The position numbers and the translations under genes were made by a program. A DNA stretch of 64,000 nucleotides from assembly GCA_965178125.1 (NCBI GenBank), contig OZ237757.1, positions 620,001 through 684,000 of the forward strand, in the 5' to 3' direction. The stretch comes from Bilabrum cf. latius. Lineage: Eukaryota. The notes beneath the pieces were generated by a model. That model made no database searches, was not told where the DNA came from, and worked only from the letters and a program-made list of their open reading frames with translations. Below, piece after piece: positions 43,034 through 54,300 of the stretch (its first letter is position 1; every line of letters starts with the position of its first letter).

Positions 43034-44040
43034 TCAGGCCCTGGCACCCTCCTCCACCGCGGCGCTTCCCCCCTCTTCCACTGCCTCTTCCTCTGCCTCT
43101 TCCTCTGCCTCTTCCTCTGCCTCTTCCTCTGCCTCTTCCTGCTGCTTGATGAGAACCTCCTGCGGGCCGGGTTGCCGGGGCAGGATATTCCCCTCAGAGT
43201 CCGTGGGCAACGGGGGCAGGTCCCCCGCGTTCATGGGGTCGGGCCTGTCCCCCACCTGGGGCGGCTGGGCGCCTCCCATGGCGGCCTCCTCGTTCACCTC
43301 GATGGACCTGACGGAGAGGGCCATGATGGGCTGGCGGTGCCCCCGCGTGCGCCTGTAGCCCTTCCTTCTCTTCTTCTTGAACACTAGCACCTTAGGTGCC
43401 CTCGCTATCTCCTCCACCTGCAGCTGCACCGTGGCCCCGGGAACAGTGGACCTGCCGATGACAGTCCTGTCCCGGGAGCCGAGCATCATGACATCGCTAA
43501 CTTCGTACCTATCCCCAATTTCCACACGGGGTGGCAATGGAACCACAAGCTCGTCACCTTCCACAACCTTAAACTGGCGGCCCTTGAATCCAATCACAGC
43601 AAACTAGCTTCCCGGACTTCCCTCGTCGGCCCTAGCACTGCGAATCTCATGCACAGCAACGGCTGGGGAGGTATACTCTCGTACAGGGGCTGCTCGCTTT
43701 TTTGGTGCTTTGCGGGGAGTTTTGTCCTTGTTGTACCGCAATTCGTGCATCTTGTATGAGCGTGGGTGCGCCATCGGGTTGATCTCTACTTTTCTGGAGT
43801 GCTGTTGCTTCGGATGCCGCACTGCAAGGGTATAATAATATGAATACATCGACAGGTTAGGGCAAGGGATCACACGATTGTCCTAGCTGCAGCCCGTTCC
43901 TCTAGTATGCAGTGCACCCGATCGTGCTCACTCTATGATGCGGTCAAGTGCCACCTTCTTCCAGCGGTCACCACTTTCAGCTTCCCCTAAACACCTAATG
44001 TCGATATTCGCGCCAATGTGCGGGCGCCATGGAGCGCCAT
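43034..44040 (-). CDS. MRPL21: Organellar (likely mitochondrial) ribosomal protein bL21, about 298 aa
   Basis: bL21 core FAVIGFKGRQFKV...KVLVFKKKRRKGYRRTRGHRQP. Exon 1 (44040-43932) encodes an Arg-rich, acid-free presequence-like peptide, MALHGARTLARISTLGV*GKLKVVTAGRRWHLTAS*. Intron 43931-43822 (GTGAG...CTAAC...TTGCAG); exon 2 43821-43034 ending TGA. Three in-frame TAG (43987, 43933, 43604). Confidence 0.85.
43081..43140. repeat. 12-bp tandem repeat (CTGCCTCTTCCT x5) encoding an EEEA repeat in the bL21 C-terminal tail
   Basis: Directly visible tandem array. Confidence 0.85.
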
Positions 44041-44250
44041 ACGGGCAAAGTTGCCGTCGGGCACGAAAACCATATTTGATGCAGAAAACTACACTGCTTA
44101 GATTCGTTTATATCGTTTATGACACGCAACAATAACGCCGCCGCCGCCCTACAAATTATTCTGGTATTCTGGTATTCTGGCCGCCACGGCGATGATCGTG
44201 TCCTTGCGTGGCCACACTAGTAGTGTGACACTACTAGAAGCCAAGTTCGT
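44041..44250. promoter_or_regulatory. Putative 210-bp bidirectional promoter between bL21 and the FG-GAP gene
   Basis: Head-to-head ATGs at 44040 (-) and 44251 (+). Contains (TATTCTGG)x3 at 44157-44180 and an inverted repeat CTAGTAGTGT-G-ACACTACTAG at 44217-44237. Confidence 0.45.
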
Positions 44251-47200
44251 ATGCGTTCCATAGTGGGCGCCATGTTGTGAGTCATACGTATATTTACTCT
44301 AATGGCTGCACTATGAGCTGAAATGAGTTCTTGTTATCCTCTCCTTTTGTGGAATCCACTAGTGGGTTGGGGTGGATTGGCCATTGATTTCCCAGCTGTT
44401 TCGACGAACCAGAGCAAAAGAAGCCTTGCTTAGCCCCCTTCTTGTGTATTTGATTGGCTATATTTTGTTTTTGCTTTGCTGGACAGCCACATGCTCGGCC
44501 TCTTTGCGCATTCTCCTCACACGTCGCAGCTTCTTGACATTCGCTGCAGGCGCAGGTGCCACCTCAGCGTCTATCGGCGCCGATGCTATACTTTCCAATC
44601 CTTTGGATAACCTAGGCACTACTGCATCGCCTACGGACCAAAACCGTAAGCTGGCGGCCAGCTTGTTCGGGGTTGACAAGCACTGGAGAATCTCGAGCAC
44701 CTCGGGCGGCTTCTCTGGCACTTTCGACAACGAGCACCGTTTTGGTAAGTCGGTGGCTGCACTTGGAGACATCAATGGAGATGGAGTGCTCGATATGGCC
44801 GTCGGGGGCCATGGAAATGGTGGGAGGAACCGCGGCGTTGCATGGCTCTTGCACAACAACCAATCCGAGTCAATCAAGGGATTCACCGAAATCACCAGTG
44901 GCAAGAGCGGCTTTGAAGGATACCTTGACAATGGTGATTTCTTTGGCCTTGCCGTAGCCGCGGTGGGCGATGTTAATGCGGACTTCGTACCCGACTTGGC
45001 TGTCGGCGCTCCCATGAACGATGATTAGAATCGCGGCGCCGTGTGGATTCTCTTCCGAGACTCGAACGGACAAGTAGAATCTTACACAAAGATATATCAT
45101 TAGGGAGGTGGCTTCACTGGCACACTAGGCACCAGCCACCGGTTCGGCGAAGCCATTGCGAGCATCGGTGACCTCGATTCGGACGGGGTGCCCGACCTCG
45201 CCGTCGGTGCGCCGTACACCGGAAAGGCCGGGGGAAACAGAAAAGGAGCGGTCTGGATTCTGTTCCTGCGGTCTAACGGCCGGGTCAAGAGCCACGTGAA
45301 GATCGGCGACGGGGAGGGCGGTTTCGAGGGGAGCCTGGACGAAGACGACTTGTTCGGGAGCGCCATCGCTTCCGTTGGTGACCTGGACGGTGACGGCATC
45401 GCCGATCTGGCCGTGGGCGCTCCCGGTACGACGGCGCTGCCCCGCGAAGACGTGGGGGGCCTGTACATCCTGTTCCAGCGAGCCGACGGCACGGTCAAGT
45501 CTCACCGCAAGATCTCGTGGTCCGTGTCTGGCTTCCAGGGCGGCCTACACACTGACGACCACTTCGGGCGCGCGGTAGCATCCGGGGCAGATCTGGACGC
45601 AGATGGAGTGTGGGACTTGGCTGTGGGGGCGTACGGTGATGACGACGGGTGCACTGACTGCGGTGCGGTGTGGCTGCTGTATCTTCAGGCGGACGGCACT
45701 GTGAAGGGATTCAACAAAATCTCAAGTACAATGGGCAAGTTCGACGGGGAGCTTCAGAGCGGTGCCCGTTTTGGCTGGTCGGTAGCATTTGTGGGCGACA
45801 TGGATCGGGATGGGACGCAGGAGCTGGCAGTGGGCGCCCCTCAGGACGATGACGGTGGTCAGAACAGCGGTGCGGTGTGGCTGATGTCCGTGCGGACCCC
45901 GACCACAACGGTCCCACCAGCCCCAACCCCAACCCCGAGCAATTCCGCTTAGCCAACGCCCTCAAGCTCCGTCACACCGAGTATCAGCCCCAGCACCAGC
46001 CCCAGCACCAGCCCCAGCACCAGCCCCAGCACCAGCAGCACAACGGCGCCCAGCACCAGCCCGAGCTCGAGCCCGCAGCTTGCGGTGCAGCAGCTCTTGA
46101 AAATCTCCGACACCCAGGGAGGCTTCACTGGTGCTCTTAACAATAATCACCGATTCGGCAAGGCCGTTGCTGTTCTCGGTGACCTGGACGGTGACGGCGT
46201 GGATGATCTGGCCGTGGGAGCCCATGGGAACAGTGGAAACGGGCGTACCAACAAAGGAGCTGTGTGGATCCTGTTCCAGAGAGCCAACGGCACCGTGAAG
46301 TCTCACCGCAAGATTACGGACAGCGAGAGTGGCTTCAGTGGTGACTTGGACGACAACGATTTCTTCGGCATCTCGCTCGCTTCCATTGGTGACTTGGACG
46401 GCGACGGGGTACAAGACCTGGCCGTGGGCGCTTCACCGGATGACGATGGTGGCAACGCGCGCGGCGCTGTGTGGATCCTGTTCCTGCGATCGGATGGCAC
46501 GGTGAAGAGCTACCACAAGATCTCGGCCACGGCCGGGGACATCACGGTGCCACTCAGTGACCAGGACCAGTTCGGTTGCTCGCTGGCTTCTATCGGAGAC
46601 CTGGATGGCGATGGGGTGCAGGACCTGGCCGTGGGCGCGTTCGGGGATGACTCGGGAGGCGGCAACAGCGGCGCTCTGTGGATTCTGTTTCTGGGCACCG
46701 ATGGCACTGTCAAGTCTCACTCGAGGATCAACGACGTTGACGGCGGCATGGCGGGACAGCTGACCTCCGATGGTCGCTTCGGCTCATCCGTGGCTCTGCT
46801 GGGCGATCTGGACTCTGACGGTGTACAGGACCTGGTGGTCGGTGCGCCTGCGACTTCCGGGATTAATGCCGCGCCTGGACGGCTGCACGTGCTGTTCCTG
46901 GACACCGATGGCACGGTGGATCGTCACCAGGAGATCACTGAAGGCGTGGGCGGCTTCACTGGCGAGCTGCAGCAGGGCGACATGTTCGGAGCCTCAATTG
47001 CTGTGCTCGGTGACACTGATGGTGACAGCGTCGTGGACGTGGCTGTGGGTGCCCCGCGGGAGGCAGAAGGCGGCGTGGACACTGGCGATGTGTGGCTGCT
47101 AGCGCTGGACACGGACGGGCAGGTCAAGTCGCACCGGAAGCTGTCGTCGATTTTCAGTGACATCGCAGGCGTGCTGCCGTCGTCAACTCGATTTGGTTGG

Positions 47201-48241
47201 TCCCTGGCTGCACGTGTGGTCACGGAACAGGGCACAGGTGTGACTCTGTACGTGGGCGCGACGCAGGACGATGACGGTGGGCAGGACCGCGGAGCCGTGT
47301 GGATGCTCCCTCTGCTTGCCAGTGGGCCCTCACCGGACGCCACTCCCAGCGCAAGCCCAAGCGCCACCGCCTCGGGCAGCACCTCGGCCAGCCCATCTCC
47401 TTCTTCGAGCCAGAACCCAAGCACCAGTCCCACCCCAAGCACCAGCCCCAGCACGACCCCAGGCCCCAGCTCCAGTGGTTCTCCTAGCCCCCAGCCTCGT
47501 CCTATGCTGCTCGTTACGCTGGATCAGCCCGTCACCGACCCCGTGCAGGAAGGGGGCTCTATATGCGGTATGGCCGACGCGATCATGGCCGAGCCCGCGT
47601 CCATGGTTCTGCAGATGCGGTTCGAGCTGCAGGTCAACACGAGGCAGTTCGCGTGCGAAGAAGCCCTGGTCTTCGCCGCGGTGGCGCTGGAGGAGGCAGG
47701 GGTCGGCGCTGACCCAGAGCGCATGGCTGTTCACCTGACTGTGCTCGGGGGCCAGGCCGCCAACCCAAACACGGCCATCGACGTGCAGGTTCTTGTGCAG
47801 TCGGAGGACCAGGGGCGCCAGTTCTTCGCGTGGGTGTGGGAGGCGCTGTCATCCGGCCGCATCAGCTCGCTGGCGGGTGGTCTGGACCAGCTGGTGCCGG
47901 CCGTGTACAGCTTCACCTTCGGCGATCGTGCAGTGTCGCTGGGGCGCAGCGAGCTGGGCCTGGCAGCGCGCGCTCCTTCAGATGGAGACGCGGCCGGGGA
48001 CGACCCTCGTCTTTCCGGGGCTGAGATCGGGGTGCTGGCTGCTGGGCTGGTGGCCGTGGTGGCGATCGTGGCCGGCGTGCTGGTGTACCAGAACAGCGGA
48101 CAGGCCACGTGCGGTCTTCACGGGTCACGTGCTAGGGCCCGTGTGAAGAGGGAGGAAAGTGAAGAAAGTGTGGTGAACCCCCTGTACGGCGACTTGCACC
48201 CCTCCGCGCTGCCGCCGACGCAGCACGACGCGTTGGCGTGA
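44251..48241 (+). CDS. Type I membrane protein with two FG-GAP (integrin-alpha beta-propeller-like) modules, S/T/P linkers, TM helix and NPxY tail, about 1245 aa
   Basis: Exon 1 44251-44276; intron 44277-44529 (GTGAGT...CTCAC...CGCAG); exon 2 44530-48241 ending TGA. The spliced N-terminus MRSIVGAMFFLTFAAGAGA is signal-peptide-like. About 12 repeats of FGxxxAxxGDLDGDGVxDLAVGA...GAVWILF; TM IGVLAAGLVAVVAIVAGVLVY; tail VVNPLY. ORFs 44372, 45188 and 46085 are in one frame, joined through three TAG (45026, 45101, 45950). Confidence 0.85.
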
Positions 48242-48592
48242 AGAGTGACGGGCTTTCCTGCTGGACTTTGTACCTTGGACTTTGAGGATTTTTTGGGACT
48301 GACAGAGCAGTTGTTGCTGCCTGCGTCTGCAGCCTGGGGTCGCCTCACGGCCACCCTTGGGTGCTTGGCATCTTCAAGGTGTTGCTTGCTTGCTTGCTTG
48401 CTTGATCAGATTTACTCTTTTACGATTTTGGCTTCGCAAGTCGCCGTTTTAGGCCGGGCCGGCAGCTTCGATGCTGTACAATGCAGGCAATCAGCTGTCC
48501 ATTCCGACTGCAGACCTCCAGATGTTTGATCGAGTGATGCTCTCCACCCGTGGGCCCGACCACTGGCAATCCGGAATCCGCCGGGCGCATTA

Positions 48593-48615
48593 GGGTGAAG
48601 GTTCGTCAATCCGGA
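48593..48615 (+). repeat. Left terminal inverted repeat of the pogo-like transposon
   Basis: Exact reverse complement of 51264-51286; preceded by TA. Confidence 0.92.
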
Positions 48616-48858
48616 TGGCTCGTCAAGCCGGAATGGGCATTCAAACTGCAATTCGCGTGTAGCTCGCCGAATTTTCGCTAAGTGAGAACAGTAATCACTC
48701 AGCAAAAAGTTCTTGAAACATTTAAACAAAAGGCTCGATGTGAGTGTATTGCAGATATCGTATACGCGCGTGCGAGGTGGCGATGGAACCCCAAGTGGTT
48801 CCCAAGCGACGCCCAAAAAAGCGCCAAATTCGAGCTTTTTATCCTGGTTTTGAGCCAG

Positions 48859-50778
48859 ATGAATAGTCAATAGGATGCTCTATCCCATCTGAAAGCACGG
48901 GGTCTGGACATTCCATCTTCGACTGCCTCTGACTGGGTGAAGAAGGCAGCATCCGGACAAACGGTCGGTGCGAGAGGCGGTTCAAATCCGACATTGCCTA
49001 GGGAAGCAGAGGAATAGCTGGAGCTTCTCATTTCGGAGCTGAATAGATCAGGTGTTCATCCACATCCAGACTTCATCATTTCTTTCGCTAACTATTGGCA
49101 AGACCTGTATATGAAGAAAGCGTTCCCCCGTCGCAAGTACGACAAGCTGTGTCGTGGCTGGCTCAAGGGATTCAAGAAGCGGTTCAAGATTTCTGCGCGG
49201 CGTAATGAGAACTACTAGCCAGAACGATTCCTAGTTAGGGCTAGCAGCGTCAGGGAGCTGTTCGCCATCCTGCGCCGCCTATTCAAGACGTTCAAGATCC
49301 AACTGCGCCGTCAAGTGGTCGTGTGCAATGAGTCCGGGTTCCAGTGCTGTGCTGCAGTTACAGCAGGTCTTGTCTCAACAGGGGCTCCATCATCTTCATC
49401 ATCATCAAGCAGTAGCTCGGCTGCTTCCGGGGGAGCATCAAATCACCCCGAGGCTAGCGCTTGGAGGCCAACTGCCAAGGATTGCAACGCCGTCGAGTAC
49501 GGAACGAGGCACACCACCACGCTGCTGTGTGCGTTGGATGCAGACGGCAAGCATGTGTGTAGCATCTACATCACAAAGGGCAAACACCGTGACGCCATTC
49601 CCCCTCCCACTGTGAGCGAGATCTCCAAGAAGGACCCGGAGGTGCTCCGGCATGGGCGCGACCTCCTCCGCTCGTCACCCAAGGCGTTCATCAACAGCAA
49701 GCTCTGGCGCGACTTCATCGAGAAGTTGGTGTGGAATCTTGACAACCACTAGGGGCGGTAGGCAAACGAATGGTCCATCCTAATCACAGACGGACACTCG
49801 GCACATTACGACTTGGACACCATCGCCTGGGCCTTTGCCCACCGCCTCATCATTGTGACGATCCCCCCTCACTCCTCGGCAGAACTGCAGGTAGAGGACG
49901 TTTCGGTATTCAAGCCGCTCAAGACAGAGTTTCGAAAGCTGGTGACCACGTACACGAACAAGGACTGGACGCCAAGGGCAGTGGCGTACGCCCTCGCCAA
50001 CATCTTGCGACCAAGTGGGGACAAGCCCGCCGGGCATGTCGTACACAGTGGCTTCGCGCACTGCGGCCTGTGGGACTACGATTCAGACACCCCTCTGCAT
50101 GAAATTAACATCAAGAAGCGCATTGCGGAGTGTAAGGGCCGTGAAGAACACATGAAGCTGGGTCGGAAGAGGAAGCGCCAGCCGGCGCAGAGGCACTGGG
50201 AGGCACGCGAGGAGGAGAGCGGAAAAGTCCTAGAAGCCATGGATGGGTCAGACATCGGGAAGCAGACTTTGATTGCGTCGTCGAGGGGAAAGAAACATGC
50301 GGGGGAGCAGTTCGAGAAGGTCAAGAACGATGCAGTGGAGCGAGCTACCAAACGCCTGCGATCCACCCAGCCGGGGGGCCGCCGAGACCCCCTGGAGCAG
50401 GAGCGGCAAGGGCGACCGCAGGACACGCGCGTGTACTGGAACTCAAAGCAGCTGGACACGTGGGCAAAGACAAAGGTATCAGCTATGATTGCAGCTGCAG
50501 GTACTTCAATTGGAGCCACGCGATCCGTGCTTGCCTCAGTTGGCAAGGTCGTTGGGGCTCTCGGTACCTTTATGGAGGTCACCAGTTCCAAGGATGCAAC
50601 CGAGGAAGATAATGACAACGCTTTCATGGCTCTGACGGACCAAATAAGCATGATGGAGTCTGTCTCGGCGACCGCATCATCTGCATGTGATGAACTGGAG
50701 AAGGCCCGGGCAGCTGCCAGCGAGCAGAAGCCACGCCCGCTGCAGATCGAAGATGAGGCCACAGGTGGAAGCTCCTGA
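48859..50778 (+). CDS. pogo/Fot1-family transposase (HTH + CENP-B-type HTH + DDE_1 domain), about 639 aa
   Basis: Single frame from ATG 48859 to TGA 50778 through five TAG (48871, 49015, 49216, 49750, 49759). Motifs DIPSSTASDW (HTH), GWLKGFKKRF (CENP-B HTH), CNESGF (DETG-equivalent), ILITDGHSAH and IPPHSSAELQVEDVSVFKPLK, with 35 residues between the last two Asp (DD35D type). Start codon uncertain. Confidence 0.85.
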
Positions 50779-51263
50779 GCTCGCTATTTTTTCCAAGCAA
50801 CTAGAAGCATGATTTAAAACTTTGTTTTATCCCAATCATGCGGTTCTCTTTGCCTATACCTAATTTTTCCGAGAGTAAATCGACAAGTTGCAGTTCGGCA
50901 CAGCGGTCCGAATCGTGGCCGGACTCGCCATTCCGCGATGATATCCGTTCTTAGCATGCCAGCCATCGAAAGATATTTACCACACCATAAAGCTAACACT
51001 TCAGCAACAGCATGTGCGCGGCGGCAAAATACCGAACTCATTGCTCGTGGTGTAGTTGCAGCGTTCCGGATTGATGAGCCACCGATTTTTGGGGTGCACA
51101 GAGCACTAACTTCACGTCAAGGTTACTAGTCACATACTCAAAGATTTCCGAAACAAGATGCACTTTTTGGAACTTCAATCGGTGTAGAATTCATCTAGAA
51201 AAACGGAAACATATGACATGGTGTTCTCGGCCAGATTTCCCGCTCGAAGTTCGGCGGCTCCAG

Positions 51264-51286
51264 TCCGGATTGACGAACCTTCACCC
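51264..51286 (-). repeat. Right terminal inverted repeat of the pogo-like transposon
   Basis: TCCGGATTGACGAACCTTCACCC followed by TA. Confidence 0.92.
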
Positions 51287-51332
51287 TAGGCCTATTGGTG
51301 CCCTGGCCACTATCCCCACACTGACAGAAGTG

Positions 51333-54300
51333 ATGCAGCACAAGTCGACGGAGTCCGACAATGGCGTGGCTCGTCCTATTCTAGTGCGGCGGTCGGCTTC
51401 GGATTCTGCCATAAGTGACAGAAACCATGGCAAGTTGCTGGACAGCAAGTCGGAGATTAGGCAGAGATCTGACAGCTCGTCTGCCGATGAACGCGGCCAG
51501 AGCCTCCTCTGCGGTTTCCTTACGGGGTGTGTGACAGAAATGTGCCGAGTTCTACTGGTGTGTACTGCTTGGACTGTCGTAGTTGGAGTGCTCACGTTAT
51601 CAATCCCTGTCGGCTTGAATCGCCTAGACGCTGCCATCAATCCCACGGCTCACGGCGAAGCAGATATTGCCCAGAGCTTTTCAAATGGTATGTTAGAGTC
51701 AGAATACCCGGCCAAGCTGGCTGATAGTACGTTCGAGCCGAGTGGTATTGCAGGCCACGGCTTGGAAACGATGCCCTCCGCCAAAGCGACCTTGATATCA
51801 AGCGACGAAAGTATGCCTCCTTTGCACCCTGGTCATGACGGGATCGACCTATCAGCATCCCCAGATTCCTATCCCCTACCAGCGAGCGGAGCAGATGAGA
51901 TCCGCGTTCCAACAGCGAGGCACCCGGTAGTGATCATCCCCGGCATTACGTCAACATCTCTGGAAGTATGGGCGGCAAAAGAATGCGCAGCTCCATTCTT
52001 CCGAGAAAGGCTCTGGGGCGGCTCTCCGCTAGTGCAGTCGCTGCTGCTCGACGTGGAATGCTGGCTGGACCACATCACGCCCTCAGCTTCCACCGGGCTG
52101 GACAAACCGGGCGTGCGCGTGCGTGCGGCATCGGGCCTGGGCGCCGCGGATGCTTTTTTGGGCGTGTTTTCTCTCTGGCGCGGCCTCCTCCGGTCGCTTG
52201 CCCGCCTTGGGTACGACGAGTCCGCCGTGCACCTCGCCTCGTTCGACTGGAGGATGCGGTTCCCTGACTTGGAGAGGAGAGACAGGTGGTTTAGCAGGCT
52301 TAAGCTGGCGGTGGAGGAACTGTACCGCGTCAATGGGGGCAGGAAAGTCGTGTTTTTGTCTCATTCCATGGGCTCCAACCTGTTCGGGTACTTCATGCAG
52401 TGGGTCCACAGCGCGGCACCGGCAGTCGGTGAGCAGTGCCCCTTCGTGAGGGCATGGGAGGCGGGGGAGCAGGCTAGGCAGGGCATGCAAGGGCAAAGTA
52501 AGGGTGCAGCTGGTGGGGAGCAGAACGATTGCATCGGCATCCTGGCTCGGCACCGTTCTCCACATGATTCATCCAATGGTCTGGATGGCGGTAACGGTGA
52601 TGACCTGAGCGGTGCTCGCGCCTGGGAGTGCATGGAGCGGGAAGCAGAGGCAGCGGCCAGGGAACACGACAGGCGGGAGGGTCGGATGTACCAGCACATG
52701 AGGAGGGTCTGGCTCACGGCAGAAGGGGGCTGGGAGGGTGTGCAGGCTGGTAGGGGCCTGCGGGACGGGTAGGGGAACGAAACGCAGACGAGCCAAGGCA
52801 ACCGGAGGGAACAGCAATTGAGAGACGCGGCCGGCGCTCGCCGCGCCGCCCTCCTGGCTCTCCTGGACGAGACCGAGGCGGAGGGGGGCGCGGAAGAGCC
52901 CTTTGGTGGGCGCGCGCGGGCCCTTCCACCGCAGTGCGACGGGTGGTGGGCGCAGAAGTACGTGGCCGACTGGGTCCTGGTGGCGGGCACCATGATGGGG
53001 GCACCCAAGGTGGCCACTGTTCTCTGGTCGGGTGAGATGAGGGACACGGCTCAGCTGGGCCCCATGCTGTCTTCGCTCAAGGAGCAGTACATGACGAGGA
53101 AGACGCTCCGAGACGGTTTCCGCTCCATGCCGGCGTACTGGTCCCTGCTCCCAATGGGGGGCGCTCGGCTGTGGGGTGGGCTCCCGGGCGAGAGGGACAG
53201 CGACGCGGCGGAGAGCATCGCGGCATCGCTGCTCGAGGCACAGCGGGAGGCTGTGCTCGCCTGGAACGGAACCGGCGCCGCGCCCGCGATGTCGGCTGCG
53301 CACCTGCCGGACCGAGTGGTGACGGAGCTGAAGCGAATTCTCTCTTTTGGCGGAACTGCCAAGTCGGACGGCGCTGGCGACCAGGATCATGCGCCTGGTG
53401 GTGACTAGTAGGCAGGTGACTCGCACGAGGGTGACTTATAGCAGAGCCGTGCGCCCGACTGGGTCGCCAGGGCCATGGAGCCCGGCGGAACCATCGCTTC
53501 CGTGGACCAGGTCCCCGGGGGCACTTTGTTCTCTAGATTTGCATAGCTGCACGACGCTGACGTGGACTCGGGGTCGGGATCGGGTGCCGGTAAGTATGGC
53601 AGGGTGCAGGGCGCAGGGGAGCCCACGGCGTGTGCTTAGGCAGGCATGGGGAGCGGAGCCACAGTGCCAGTTGCTTGCGAGCTGCCACGTGAGGGCTCGG
53701 CTGGCCCTTCGTCCACAACGCTGCTGCCTCTCGCCGACGACCAGCCGGATGATAGTGCTGCCAGCACGGTGGATGCACCGGTGTCCCCAGTGGACAATCA
53801 ACATGGAATTAGTGATGATCGGCAGGCTGAGCGTCTCAGGGAAGACGCAGAGGCGCTGGCTGAGATGAAGAGAGCCGACGTCGACATCGCGAAGGACGAG
53901 TCAGGGGTCGCCACAGATGCTCCCAAGGTCAGTGGCGATCCAGATTCCGGCTCTGCAGCTGGAGATGAGGGCACGGGTGCTGGGTCTGCTCCTGGGACAA
54001 CCAGCAAGGAAAGCAACGAGAAACCAAGCCAGACAGCCCGCACCAGCGGCGGGCTGCCCGGCCGGGAAAGACCCTTTGCAACCCTCGGCGGGTGGTACCG
54101 CCTGATGGCAGCGGAAGACCCGCTCTACTTCCGCAGGATCGCAGCCTTCGCAGCCTTGGACGCGTGGAGACCTCTGACCCCGGCTGAAACTGCCAGGGAG
54201 CCGCCCGTGAACCCCATGCTGAGCCGAGGGGCGCGGGAGCGGGCACTGGCGGTGCATGAGGAGGCCGAGTCGCTTCGGGGGTCGTGGACGAAGAGGACCC

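Larger units (their letters stand above)
48593..51286 (+). mobile_element. Complete pogo/Fot1-like (IS630-Tc1-mariner superfamily) DNA transposon, 2694 bp
   Basis: Perfect 23-bp TIRs GGGTGAAGGTTCGTCAATCCGGA (48593-48615) and its reverse complement (51264-51286), flanked by TA at 48591-48592 and 51287-51288; encloses a DDE_1-type transposase. Confidence 0.92.

Noticed and set aside
51213-51332. ORF-track start of PDAT at 51213
   Set aside because: Lies inside the transposon end and spans its TIR; ATG 51333 is the more plausible native start.
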